Shown piece by piece: positions 11,776-24,359 of a stretch of 64,000 nt of DNA; the first letter of the stretch is position 1; each line of letters starts with the position of its first letter. The translations under genes were made by a program, and so were the position numbers. The DNA is taken from the NCBI RefSeq assembly GCF_009914755.1, contig NC_060926.1, one strand, 5' to 3'. Source of the stretch: the human T2T-CHM13v2.0 reference genome, Homo sapiens. Under the pieces are notes generated by a model. That model was not told the DNA's origin and searched no databases. It saw only the letters and a list, made by a program, of their open reading frames with translations.

Positions 11776-14335
11776 GGATATTAGACACAATATCACAAAA
11801 AATGTGTACACCCCCTTCAACCTTGGGAGTAATATCATACTCTCCTTCCCTGGATATTAGAAAACAATATTGTCAGGGGTGAACACTTCCTGTGATAATG
11901 GGAGCAATATTTTCTCTTTCACAGGCCATTAGGAACAATATCACGGGGTGTTTACACACCCCGTGATATTGGAGGTAATTTCATGCTCTAACTCCTGGAA
12001 TATTACCAACAATATCAAACAGGGGTGGTGTACACCCCCTGTGATATTGGGAATAATATCATTCTCTCCACTCCTGGATATTAAGAACAATATCACGGCA
12101 GGGGTGGTACACCGTCAGTGATATCGGGAATAACGTCATCCTCTCCTTCCCTGGAAATTAGGAACAATATCACAGGGGGGTGTACATCTTCTGTGATATT
12201 GGAAGCAATATTAACCCCCCCGGATATTAGAAAAAATATCACACATGATGTACACCCACTGTGATATTAGGAAGAATATTACTGGCTGTACACCCACTCT
12301 GACTTTAGGAGAAATAGCTCCTTAAAATGTTACAAGTAATATCACAGGGTATGCAGCAATATCTCCCTAGGTTATTACAAATACTATCACAGGGTGTCCA
12401 CCCACTGTGATAACAGGAGTAACACCTTCCAAGGATATTACAAATAATATCACAGACTGTACACCCACTATGAAATAAGGAGGATATCTCCCTAGGATAT
12501 TATGAATAACATCACAGAATGTACACCCATGGTGTGCACCCCCTGTGACATTAGGAGTAATATCTACCCAGGATATAACCAATAACAGCACAGTGTGAAC
12601 ATACGTGATGTACACCCACTGTGATGTTATGAGAACTACTCCCTAGGATATTACGAATAACATCACAGAGTGTACACACATGGTATACACCCACTGTGGC
12701 ACTAGGAATAATAACTTTCTAAGATATTACGAATAACATCACAGAATACAAACACATGGTGTACGCCCACTGTACCGTTAGGCGTAATTTCTCTCTAGGA
12801 TATTACAAGTAACATCTCAGTGTGTACACACATGGTGTACACCCACTGGGACATTTAGAGTAATATCTCCCTAGTATATTACGAATAACATCACAGAGTG
12901 TTCACACGCGGTGTACAGGCACTGTAACATTAGAAATAATATCTCCCTAGGATATTATGAATAATATCATAGGGTGTATAGCCAGTGAGATATTAGAGGT
13001 AATATCACTCTAGGATATTACGAATAATACCACAGAGTGTACATCCACTGAGATATTGGGAGCAATATCTCTCTAGGATATTACGAATAATATCACAGAG
13101 TGTAAACCCAGTGTGACATTAGCAGAAATATCTCTCTGGGATATTACAAATTATATCACAGAGTGTACACACAGGGTGTACACCCACTTTGATATTAGGA
13201 GTAATATCTTCCTAGGACATTATGAATAATATCACCGAGTGTACACCCACTGTAATATTAGGAGTCATATCTCCCTAGGTTATTACAAATAATATCACAG
13301 GATGTACACCCACTGTGATATTAGGAGTAATATCTACCTAGTATATAACAAGTAATATCACAGGGTGTACACCCACTATGATATTGGGAGAAATATCTCT
13401 CTAGGATATTATGAAAAATATCACAGAGTATACACCCACTGTGATATTAGGAGAAATATCTGGGATATTACGAATTATATCACAGAGTGTATACACATGG
13501 TCTACACCCACACTGATATTAGGAGTAATAACTTCCTAGGACATTACAAATAATATCACAGAGTGTACACCCACTGTAATATTAGGAGTCATATCTCCCT
13601 AATTTATTACAAATAATATCACAGGGTGTACACCCACTGTGATATTAGGAGTAATATCTTCCTAGGGTATTACCAATAATTTCACAATGTATACACACAT
13701 GGTGTACACTCACTGTGATATTAGGAGTAATATCTACCTAGTATATAACAAATAACATCACAGGGTATACACCCACTTTGATATTAGCTGTAATATTTTT
13801 CTAAGTTGTTACAAATAATACCACATGATGTACAAACATGGTGTACACTCACTGTGATAGCAGGAGTCATATCTCCATAATATATTATGAATAATATCAC
13901 AGGGTGTACACCCACTGTATTATTAGGAGTAGTTTCTCTGTAGGATATTACAATTAATATCACAGGGTGTACACCCTGTGAAATTATTGGTAATACCCTA
14001 GGAAGTTATTACTCCTAATATCACAGTGGGTGTACACCCTGTGATATTATTTGTAATAAATTAGGGAGATATGACTCCTAATATTACAGTGAGTGTACAC
14101 TCTGTGATATTATTTGTAATGTCCTAGGAAGTTATTACTCCTAATATCAGTGTGGGTGTAGACCTTGTGTATACACTCTGTGATATAATTCGTAATATCC
14201 CAGATATTTCTCCACTGTGATATTAGGAGCAATATCTTTCTAGGATATTACAAATAATATCACAAGGTGTATGCCCACTCTGATGTCAGGAGCAACATCT
14301 CCCTAGGATATCAAAACTAATATCACAGGGTGTAC
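11776..14335. repeat. SATR1/SATR2-type satellite array
   Basis: Tandem ~62-75 bp units AATATCACAGGGTGTACACCCACTGTGATATTAGGAGTAATATCTCCCTAGGATATTAC; subtype names from recall. Confidence 0.85.
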
Positions 14336-14553
14336 AATCTCTGCCTTCCAGGTTCTAAGGGATTCTCCTGCTTCAGCCTCCTGAGTAGCTAGGGTTACCC
14401 GCCACCACGCCCAGCTAATTTTCTTTTGTTTTCACTAGAGATGGGGTTTCATCATGTTGGCCAGGCTGGTCTGGAACTCCTGACCTCAGGTGATCCATCA
14501 GACTCGGCCTCCCAAAGTGCTGGGATTACAGATGTGATCCATCGCACTCGGCC
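14336..14553 (-). mobile_element. AluS, 3' end truncated by satellite
   Basis: CTCCTGCTTCAGCCTCCTGAGTAGCT...CCCAAAGTGCTGGGATTACAG...CTCGGCC. Confidence 0.9.
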
Positions 14554-15190
14554 AAGAGTTATATATTCAATTAATTTGGAAACACAGCTCCCATATTTGA
14601 GTGTGTATGTACTTTTATGAAGAAATGATGTCAGAAAACCTAAGGATGGCAATAAATATGAAAAGTAACTAGCATGCTAAAAGGTCTTCCGATTAAGAAG
14701 TATAAGGTTCGATTTCATTTTTAGATAATGCAGTCCTAGCTCTTCTATCGTCCTTTTAAATACTCTACATCAAAGGAATTTGTGTCAGAATAAAATAAAG
14801 TGTATTTCACTGCTGCTTAATTTTTTTCAATTAGACTGAGATCTTTTTCTTAAAGAGAGAAGAATATTTTTATTGCATGTTATTGTTTCTGAAAAGAGTA
14901 GGCCGTATTTTACTGAGATCACGGATGTGTTAAGTATTACATTTTGGTCTTCTAACATTCTTCAGTGGATTTTCTCTAAAGTAGTATGTACAGAAAGAGT
15001 TGAATAGCAAAAAAGTAAATCATGTAATAATTCTGAGATTTTTGGGTTTGTCACACCTGAGAAATATTGCTGACAGTGTATGGTCCTCAAGTGTGAAAAT
15101 GTTCCTTGTGAATTGCTTGCATCCAAAATATACACACAGCGTTAAGGGCTGGTTTTTATCTTTTATTTTTCCAATCCTCTTTTCTTCTTA

Positions 15191-16207
15191 AGGTGTCCAA
15201 GACACACAGAGCCATGGAATCTCACAGGTATCTCAGAATTCCTCCTCCTGGGACTCTCAGAGGATCCAGAACTGCAGCCCGTCCTCCCTGGGCTGTCCCT
15301 GTCCATGTACCTGGTCACGGTGCTGAGGAACCTGCTCATCATCCTGGCTGTCAGCTCTGACTCCCACCTCCACACCCCCATGTGCTTCTTCCTCTCCAAC
15401 CTGTGCTGGGCTGACATCGGTTTCACCTCGGCCATGGTTCCCAAGATGATTGTGGACATGCAGTCGCATAGCAGAGTCATCTCTTATGCGGGCTGCCTGA
15501 CACAGATGTCTTTCTTTGTCCTTTTTGCATGTATAGAAGACATGCTCCTGACAGTGATGGCCTATGACCGATTTGTGGCCATCTGTCACCCCCTGCACTA
15601 CCCAGTCATCATGAATCCTCACCTTGGTGTCTTCTTAGTTTTGGTGTCCTTTTTCCTCAGCCTGTTGGATTCCCAGCTGCACAGTTGGATTGTGTTACAA
15701 TTCACCTTCTTCAAGAATGTGGAAATCTCCAATTTTGTCTGTGACCCATCTCAACTTCTCAACCTTGCCTGTTCTGACAGTGTCATCAATAGCATATTCA
15801 TATATTTAGATAGTATTATGTTTGGTTTTCTTCCCATTTCAGGGATCCTTTTGTCTTACGCTAACAATGTCCCCTCCATTCTAAGAATTTCATCATCAGA
15901 TAGGAAGTCTAAAGCCTTCTCCACCTGTGGCTCTCACCTGGCAGTTGTTTGCTTATTTTATGGAACAGGCATTGGCGTGTACCTGACTTCAGCTGTGTCA
16001 CCACCCCCCAGGAATGGTGTGGTGGCATCAGTGATGTACGCTGTGGTCACCCCCATGCTGAACCCTTTCATCTACAGCCTGAGAAATAGGGACATTCAAA
16101 GTGCCCTGTGGAGGCTGCGCAGCAGAACAGTCGAATCTCATGATCTGTTATCTCAAGATCTGCTCCATCCTTTTTCTTGTGTGGGTGAGAAAGGTCAACC
16201 ACATTAA
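15191..16207 (+). pseudogene. OR7E102P: Olfactory receptor family 7E pseudogene, likely OR7E102P; uninterrupted frame but no in-frame start before TM1
   Basis: [74 protein letters not shown]; symbol inferred from recalled position next to TRIM43. Confidence 0.85.
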
Positions 16208-16769
16208 ATCTCTACATCTGCAAATCCTGCCCCTTAGTCACATTATTGTTGTTGCTTGATGGCTTTTATTCATTTCCACATTTCCTATGTGAATATTCCT
16301 TTCTTCATTTTGCCTTTAACTGGAATGGGTGAGTATTCTGGGATCTTTTGTGTAGCATAAACCTCATGCTGTATCCTCTATACCTAGGTGGCCTCCTTTA
16401 GTTTCTGACCAATAACCCTGTCATCCAGGTGGAATCACAACAATTTTTTTATATACAGGAAGTCCTCACTTCATTTTGGAATTCCCTGAACATTGACTTT
16501 ATGGAAACAATGTACAGCAGGTCCTCCAACAACATTGTTGGGTTCAATTGTTATGATGTTGATGAGGAATAAGTGGTTTCACTATACATAATTTTGCTTA
16601 AAGGTGAAGTTTCCAAGAGACTTTCAAAGATGATAAGTGAGGACATACTGTACATCAAATTCATATCCTCTTCCAGAGTTCATGAGGAATTTCTTTATAA
16701 ACTGCTTCTAGAGAATCTATTTAGGCAGGTTGTATGTAGAGATCCATGTCACCGGTCCTCAATCTTGTC

Positions 16770-16864
16770 TTTGAATCAAATCACCTGGGGAGGTTCCAAA
16801 TGAATGATGAGGCCTGGGTCTCATTACCTGAGATTCTGATTTACTTGCACCTGTGTAGGTATAT

Positions 16865-16907
<43 letters not shown>

Positions 16908-16935
16908 CACCAGAGGTGATTCCAGTGATGAAGTT
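16770..16935. mobile_element. MER5-like hAT MITE with internal ~36-nt poly-T
   Basis: AATCACCTGGGGAG...GAGATTCTGATTTA...AAAGCACCAGAGGTGATTCC. Confidence 0.55.
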
Positions 16936-17070
16936 TTTGGAGGCATCAAGCTCCAATAAGTAAGAAAAGAAGTTAATTGTAATATGATTTCTTCAAATAT
17001 TATCTTCAAATGCGTTGTCCTTCAACACCATACAAAGTTTTATTATGCTGTTTTTTCTTACCATTTAGCA

Positions 17071-17412
<342 letters not shown>

Positions 17413-17599
17413 ACCACTTAGCATTTTCATTTTACATTTGTTGAAGTTATAGATCTATACACACATTGATTGCTGCTTTATTGTACACTTGCATATACAT
17501 AAAATGGGAAATAGAAAAGAATAAAATGGGCACAGTATCCCTATAGTTTCACATTCTGAGACATTTTAAAAATATTTGCTGTTTAGAAATTTGTTTCAG

Positions 17600-18260
17600 T
17601 TAAGAAACTGTGGTATACACACACAATGAAGTATTATTCAGCCTCAAAAGGAATAAAATCCTCTCCACTGTGGAAAAAACGGATGAGATTGCAGGTCTGT
17701 ATATTAAGAGAAATAAGCCAGGCACAGAATGACAAATATTACATGTCCTCACTTATATGTAGGAACAAAACAGAAAATCTTGGCCAGGTGTGGTGGCTCA
17801 GGCCTGTAATCCCAGCACTTTGGGAGGCCGAGTCGCACGGATCACTTTAGGCCAGGAGTGCGAGACCCACCTGGCCAACATGGTGAAACCCCATCTCTAC
17901 TAAAAACACAAAAAATTAGCTGGGCATGGTGACACGTGCCTGTAGTCTCAGCTACTTGGAAGGCTGAGGCCCAAGAAGCGCTTGAACTTGGGAGGCGGAG
18001 GTTGCAGTGAGCCCGGATTGTGCCTGTATACTCCAACCTGGGCAACAGAAAGAGACTCCATCACACACCTACACACAAAAGGAATCTCAGGAAGGTGGAG
18101 AGTATAAAGGTGGTTAGCAGATGCTGGGAAGAAAAGGGGTGGGATGGGGAGTGAAGAGAAGTGGATAATTGGGTCCCAAAATACAGAAAGATGGAGTAAG
18201 TGAGTTCTAGTGTTTGATAGTACAGTATGAAAATTTTAGTTCACAAGAATTTCTTGCATA
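17600..18260 (+). mobile_element. L1M 3' end fragment interrupted by an Alu
   Basis: AAGAAACTGTGGTATACACACACAATGAAGTATTATTCAGCC...GAAATAAGCCAGGCACAGAA...GAGTTCTAGTGTTTGATAG. Confidence 0.7.
17782..18060 (+). mobile_element. AluS
   Basis: GGCCAGGTGTGGTGGCTCAGGCCTGTAATCCCAGC...GAGACTCCATC. Confidence 0.95.
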
Positions 18261-18345
18261 TTTCCAGATGCTTTGATAAGAAGCTTCCTAACTTTCTCAT
18301 TATGCTAGTTTTTAAGCTATTCTTTCTGCTCTTGAAATCATGCTG

Positions 18346-18640
<295 letters not shown>

Positions 18641-18641
18641 C

Positions 18642-19682
18642 CTAATATCACGGGGGATGTACAACTTCTGAGATATTGGGAATGATATCATCCTCTCGCC
18701 TCTGGAAGTTAGGGACAATATCACAGGGGTAGCGTACACCCTCTGAGATATTGGGACTAATATCATCCTCCTGCCTCCTGGATATTAAAAACCATATCAC
18801 AAGGGGCGAGTACACAAACTTCGATATTGGTATTCATACCATCCTCTCCCTCTTTGGATATTCGGTGCAATATTTCAGGTGGGGTATACACCACCTACAA
18901 TATTGGAAGTAATATTATTTTCTTCCCCCCACCTCCCTGGATATTAGAAACAATATCACAGGGGCCGTGAACAACCCCTGCGATATTTGGAGTAATATCA
19001 TCGTCTCCCCTCATGAATATTAAGAACAGTATCGGTCGCGGTGGGGGGGGGGTGTACACACCCTTTGGTATTTGATATCATCCTCTTTCCCCCTGGATAT
19101 TAGGAACAATATCAGAAAGGATGTACAGACCCTGTGACATTTGCTGTCATATAATTGTCTCTCCCCTAGATATTAGGAATAATGTAACAGGGGATGTGAA
19201 CACCCCTGCGATATTGGGAGAAATATCATCCTCTCCCCCCTTGGATATTAGGAACAATATCACAGGGGGTGTACTGCCTCTGCGATATGGGGAGTAAAAT
19301 TATCCTCTCTTCTGGATATTAGGAAGGGTATCAGAGGGGGAGGGTGTGCATTTCCTGCGATATTCAATGTAATCTTATCCTCTCCCTCCCAGGGTAGTAA
19401 GAACAATATTACAGGAGGGGTGTACACCCTCTGTGATATTGAGAGTCATATCATCTTGTTTCTCTCTGGATATTAGGAACAATATCACAGGGTTGTGTAC
19501 ACCCCCTGCGATATTGGGAGTAATATCATACTCTCTCACTGTGGATATTAGGAAGAGTATCACAGGGCTGTGTACACCCCCTGCGGTATTGGTAGTAATA
19601 TCATTCTCTCTCCCTCTGGATAGTAGGAAGAGTTTCACAGGGGTGTGTACACCCCCTGCGATATTGGAAGTAATATCATCCT
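18642..19682. repeat. SATR1-type satellite array
   Basis: ~75-bp units GGATATTAGGAACAATATCACAGGGGGTGTACACCCCCTGCGATATTGGGAGTAATATCATCCTCTC. Confidence 0.85.
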
Positions 19683-20056
19683 GTCGCCCTGAGGAGAGAA
19701 GCCATTTCTCTGACTGTCTCCTGTCTCTGAAGAGGTGGAGGAAGTAAAAGTTGAAAAACAACAGGAATGAAGTCAGTGGCAACAGCAGCCGGTGCCACTG
19801 ATAAGCCGGCCTGAGGTGAAAAAATTACTCCCCCACCCCCTCACCACTCTAAGCACATGTGCTCTCAATCCATCACGACCCTTTCACGTGGAACCCCTTA
19901 GAGTTGTAAGCCCTGAAAAGGGCCAGGAACTCTGTCTTCCTTCCAGGAGCTCGGCTCTTAAGACGCGAGTCTGCCGACGCTCCAGGCCGAAAAAAACACC
20001 CTCTTCCTTTTTGAATTTGGTGTCTGAGTGGTTTTGTCCATGTCTTGTCCAGACCA
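19683..20056 (+). mobile_element. HERV-E LTR (LTR2 family), 5'-truncated
   Basis: GGAGCTCGGCTCTTAAGACGCGAGTCTGCCGACGCTCCAGGCCGA...GGTGTCTGAGTGGTTTTGTC resembles the LTR2 R/U5 end; followed by TTTCT-TGGTTCCC (Glu PBS start) and gag. Confidence 0.8.
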
Positions 20057-20061
20057 TTTCT

Positions 20062-20137
20062 TGGTTCCCGGAATGGGAATCGAACCCGGGCCGCGGCTGT
20101 GAGACCGCAGAATTCTAACCACTAGACTACAAGGGGA
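20062..20137 (-). tRNA. tRNA-Glu(CTC) pseudo-copy including genomic CCA, at the HERV-E PBS
   Basis: Minus strand TCCCCTTGTAGTCTAGTGGTTAGAATTCTGCGGTCTCACAGCCGCGGCCCGGGTTCGATTCCCATTCCGGGAACCA aligns end to end with tRNA-Glu-CTC; anticodon at 20103-20101; stems mismatched. Confidence 0.9.
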
Positions 20138-20586
20138 ACTTACAACTTCATGCTAAGTAGATTACCCAACTTTAATAGTGGGTTGGCCATCAGAAGGAAG
20201 CCTGGACAGGTCCCTTGTTTCTAAGGTGTGGCACAAGGTAACTGGTAAAGGATACCTAGACCAGTTCCCATACATAGACACTTGGTGACAGCTGGTGCTA
20301 GACCCCCCAAAGTGGCTAAGAGGGCAGGCAGCAGCAATACTAGGAGCAACGGGACAGATAGCTAAGGAAGGATCCCGCTCCACGCGCCCAGGGAAATCAA
20401 CTCCTGAGGTTCTCTTCGACCCAACATCAGAAGATCCATTGCAGGAGATGGCACCAGTGATCCCAATGGTGCCCTCCCCTTACCAGGGAAAGAGGCTCCC
20501 CACTCTTGAGCCCACAGTGCTTGCACCTTCCCAAGGCAAGCATATCCTTAGGCCACCCAGAGCAGACAAGAGAGGAGGTGGAGACC
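20134..20586 (+). mobile_element. HERV-E gag (matrix/p12 region) fragment with stops
   Basis: VGWPSEGSLDRSLVSKVWHKVTG...DQFPYIDTW*QLVLDPPKWLRGQAAA...PEVLFDPTSEDPLQEMAPVIP; gammaretroviral MA motifs. Confidence 0.85.
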
Positions 20587-20965
20587 TACAGAGTCTGCAG
20601 ATAAGTATTTCTTTTATTTTTCATTCTTTGTTTATACAAATTGTGAACTTCTGGAGGGAAAGTCCTAGATATTATACAGTTTTATGTACAGCATGATATC
20701 TAAAATTTAATTGGAAATCTTTCTTGTAGAATATGAGAAGTGCTATGTTGTCTGGAACTTCAGGTTGCAGCCTTGGTTATCTGCAAAGTTTTCAAAGTGC
20801 TCAATAGCCTTTTTTATTTTCCTAATATTCCACTAAAGTTATTACTTTATAGTGGTATTTTGAATTGACACAATCTATTTTGTTGTTTGAATGTTCTTTT
20901 TATAGCATCTTGTTATTTTTGATATTTTGTTATTACTTGTGTTACTTTGTGAAACTATGTGAACT

Positions 20966-21442
20966 TTTTATTTGTTTATGTATTTATTTATTTATTTTTG
21001 AGACAGAGTCTTGCTCTGTCACCAAGGCTGGAGTGCAGCGGTGCACTCAAGGCTCACTGCAGTCTCGACCTCCAGAGCTCAAGTCACCCTCTCACCTCAG
21101 CTTCCAGAGGAGCTGGGACTACAGGCATGTACAACTATGCCTGGCTAATTTTTTTTTTTAATAGAGTAGTCTCTCTTATGTTTCCCAGGCTGGTCTTGAA
21201 CTCCTGAGCTCAAGCAATCTTCCAGCTTCGGTCTCCAAAAATGTTGGAATTGCAGGCATGAGTCACTGTGCTTGGCCTTATATAAATTCTTAGTTTTCCT
21301 AGTTCCTTTTTTTTTTTTTTTTTTTTGTAGAGCTGGGGATCTCACTTTGTTGCCCAGGCTAGTCTTGAACTCTGTAGCTCAAACCACTCTCTTGCCTTGG
21401 CTTCCCAAAGTGCTGGGATTACAGGAGTAAGCATGCCTGGCC
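20966..21442 (-). mobile_element. AluJ (20966-21278) plus FLAM (21307-21442)
   Basis: Antisense Alu motifs with CTCCTGAGCTCAAGCAATC. Confidence 0.85.
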
Positions 21443-21535
21443 CCAGATTCCATCATCTAAGTAATGGAACAGCAAGCATAAAACGACCTAATGAGTTTTG
21501 AAGAAAAAAATAAAATAGAAAGTGTAAAACCATTT

Positions 21536-21986
21536 GCATATTAGTTTCCTGGGGCTGCTGTGATAAACTATCACAAATAAAACAATAATTCACTCTCTCA
21601 CTGTTCTCAAAGTCTGAAGTTTAAAATCAAGATGTTGACAGAATTGGTTCCCTCTGAGGATTCTGAGGGGAAATCCACCTCCTGCCTCTCTGCTAGCTCT
21701 GCTGGCTGACGGCCACCTTTGGCTTTCATCAGCTTGTGGCAGCATAGCTCCAGTGAACTCTGTCTCTGCCTCTGTCGCCACATGGCTATGTGTCTCAGAC
21801 CTTCCTTTAATTTCTTCTATCCAGTCATTGGAATTAGGTCCCATCCTAAATCCAGATTGATCTCATTGGGAAATCATCAAGTTAATTACATCTGCAAAGA
21901 TCCTATTTTCAAAAGGTCATATTCACAGGTATCAGAGGTTAGGACTTAGAAATATATTTTCAGGGGCCACCCTTTAACTGACTACA
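21536..21986 (-). mobile_element. MLT1 (ERVL-MaLR) solo LTR
   Basis: TATTAGTTTCCTGGGGCTGCTGTGATAAAC...TTACATCTGCAAAGATCCTATTTTCAAAAGGTCATATTCACAGG...ACTACA. Confidence 0.85.
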
Positions 21987-22947
21987 GTTTGAAAAAATTT
22001 CTGGCTCATAAAAGGGCCACATAACAACAAAAACTCAACTGTATTTTCATTTCTACTGCTTATACACATCATCCTAACTTTTAGAATTGGAAAGACAGAG
22101 TTTTTTCCTTCCTAGACTGGATTCTGAATATTCCACATCTTTTTTTCTAATGTCAATTTTATGTAATTTCCCCGTTTTCTGAGTTAGAATACATCTTATA
22201 TTTATTTTTTATAATCATCACTTACAAAATATTCAGAAGTTTAAGACTACTTTTCATTCCTGAACCATTTGAGGGTAAATTTTGATCTGGAACACAATGT
22301 ATGGAATTATTTAGTTCTTCATTTCTTTTTTTTTCTTTTTTTACTTTTCTATGTGAATGTTACTTTTTTTCTTAGTTATTCTTTGTTTTACATTATTAAG
22401 TTTGTTTTTATTTTAGTTTTCTTAGGACACTGATGAAATAACTTTGATTTTTGACATTAAAATTAAATAATTTTCAAATTAATCCTCAAATTTTTTCACA
22501 ATTTATTTTAATGCTTTATTCTTTTGTAAGTTTTAATTCATAGCTGTATTTCTTATGGAAGAATTTTATAAAAGTATTTTTCACATAATAAAGTTTAATA
22601 TATGAGCTATTATTCATTCTCTCCTCTTTTCCAAATATGGACTTTGATTATGCTCCAATACTTTAGAACACTTTAATTGATGTTTGGAGACTTTTGTTAC
22701 TTATGTGATTTTATCTCTATTATGTGTCACTCTTCTAGTAAATTTTTAATGTCATTCAAAGGCTACGCCTTTCTTTCCTGAAAATTAAAAATAGTTCTCA
22801 AAAATATTCTTCTCAGATATTCAGAATCTCATTCACAGGACTTCACCTTCCACTGTCATCTTAAGGCTGTCCTCTTTCCCTTCTAATGCATATTTTCCCC
22901 CAAAGGCCCTATGTTACACTCCTTATTTATTCTCCATTCAAGATGTA

Positions 22948-23257
22948 GTTTTATTTATTTATTTATTTATTTTTGAGACAGTCCCACTCAGTTGTCGCAC
23001 AGACTAGAGTGCAGCGGCATGATCTCTGCTCACTGCAATCCTTGCCTCCCGAGTTCAAATGATTCTCCTGTCTCAGCCTCCTGAGTAATAGGGATTACAG
23101 GTGTGCTCCAGTGTGCCCTGTGAATTTTTGTATTTTAAATAGAGACAAAGTTTCACTGTGTTGGCCAGGCTGGTCTCGAACTTCTGACCTCAAGTGATCC
23201 ACCTGCCTAGGCCTCCCAAAGTGCCGTGATTACAGGTGTGAGCCACCACACCCAGCA
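22948..23257 (-). mobile_element. AluSx-like
   Basis: Full antisense dimer; flanking repeat AAGATGT(A/G)GTTTT. Confidence 0.9.
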
Positions 23258-24229
23258 AAGATGTGGTTTTATTTAATATTATATTTATTCATAATGCAAT
23301 TTTACTTATGTGATACTTTGTCTTAGGATAGAAGATTATCCTAAAAAGACTAGTGAAAGAGTTATGAGAATTTAGAGAGTGATCTGAGGAAACATGTACA
23401 AGAGGCATGACTTTGAACAAAAAATAATTGTTAAAACAAATAGTAGTCACCAGATCTGCTATGTTTTCAAGTTCTAGTAAATGTCAGGTATTTTGCAGGG
23501 ACTTTCTGGAGGAAGAAAAACTTTTACTGAGGCTTAAATGTGAGGAATAGTTAACCAAATAAAATGAAAAATGTTTTAAAATTCTCATTAAATCCTTGTT
23601 ATTTAAAAGGAGAAGCAGAGCGGTTCACTAGAAAGAATTCATTCTCATGCACAGATCTTGAAGAATCTATAAAATTAGTTTTTTATTACAGGTTCAAGAT
23701 CCCCCATATAAAGACAATAGCTGGACGTATGTCTGGAGGAGCTCTTGGGCTTGTTTTATTGTATCTTGAACTTCTCAACTGTACCTTTAGCCATGAACAT
23801 CTGGCTGCACTTAGAAAGTGGTCGTACTAAGGTCACTATAGAATGAATGTTCTTTCCCTTTTAGCCATTTCTCCTTCCACTTTAACTTTTTACTCTCTGT
23901 CTCCAGGACCTTTCTGTTATATTAAGCTTCTTGAGTGAAGGGCCTGGTGTTTTGTCTTATTCAGCTCTATTTAAGATAGGTTCATGTGAAATCTGGCACA
24001 ATGCAGGCTTGGGTGGGATGTGGAGATACTGATATTAAAAATGGAGCATATGAAAGGCAAACATAAATTTCAATTACAGAATAGGCAATTTTCCATTTAT
24101 ATTGTTAACCGTAAATTAATTATACAAGGGACATGGCAAATAGGGTGAAATTCCTCTCATTAATCTGAAGGAAAGCAACTTTTCTTTTTTCTGCTCAGAA
24201 ATACAGAATCACACATACTGCAAGTGTCC

Positions 24230-24359
24230 GTGTCCTCTGCCATCTGTGCTTTGTTCTATTCAGGCCCTAAATGGGTTTGATAATGCACATCCCACACTGG
24301 GAAGGGAAGCTTACTTTACAGAGATCAATTCAAGCTGATACATAAAATTAACCATCACA
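24230..24359 (-). mobile_element. MLT2 (ERVL) LTR fragment
   Basis: TTGTTCTATTCAGGCCC...CCCACACTGGGAAGGG...ACATAAAATTAACCATCACA. Confidence 0.6.

Noticed and set aside
11776-14335. CRISPR-like appearance of palindromic repeats
   Set aside because: No unique spacers or cas genes; eukaryotic satellite
15163-15622. Antisense ORFs of 105 and 121 aa
   Set aside because: Shadow frames of the olfactory receptor sequence
19375-19782. 135-aa repetitive ORF
   Set aside because: Translation of satellite units whose length is a multiple of 3
20062-20137. Functional tRNA-Glu gene
   Set aside because: Encoded CCA, mismatched acceptor and anticodon stems, located at a retroviral PBS
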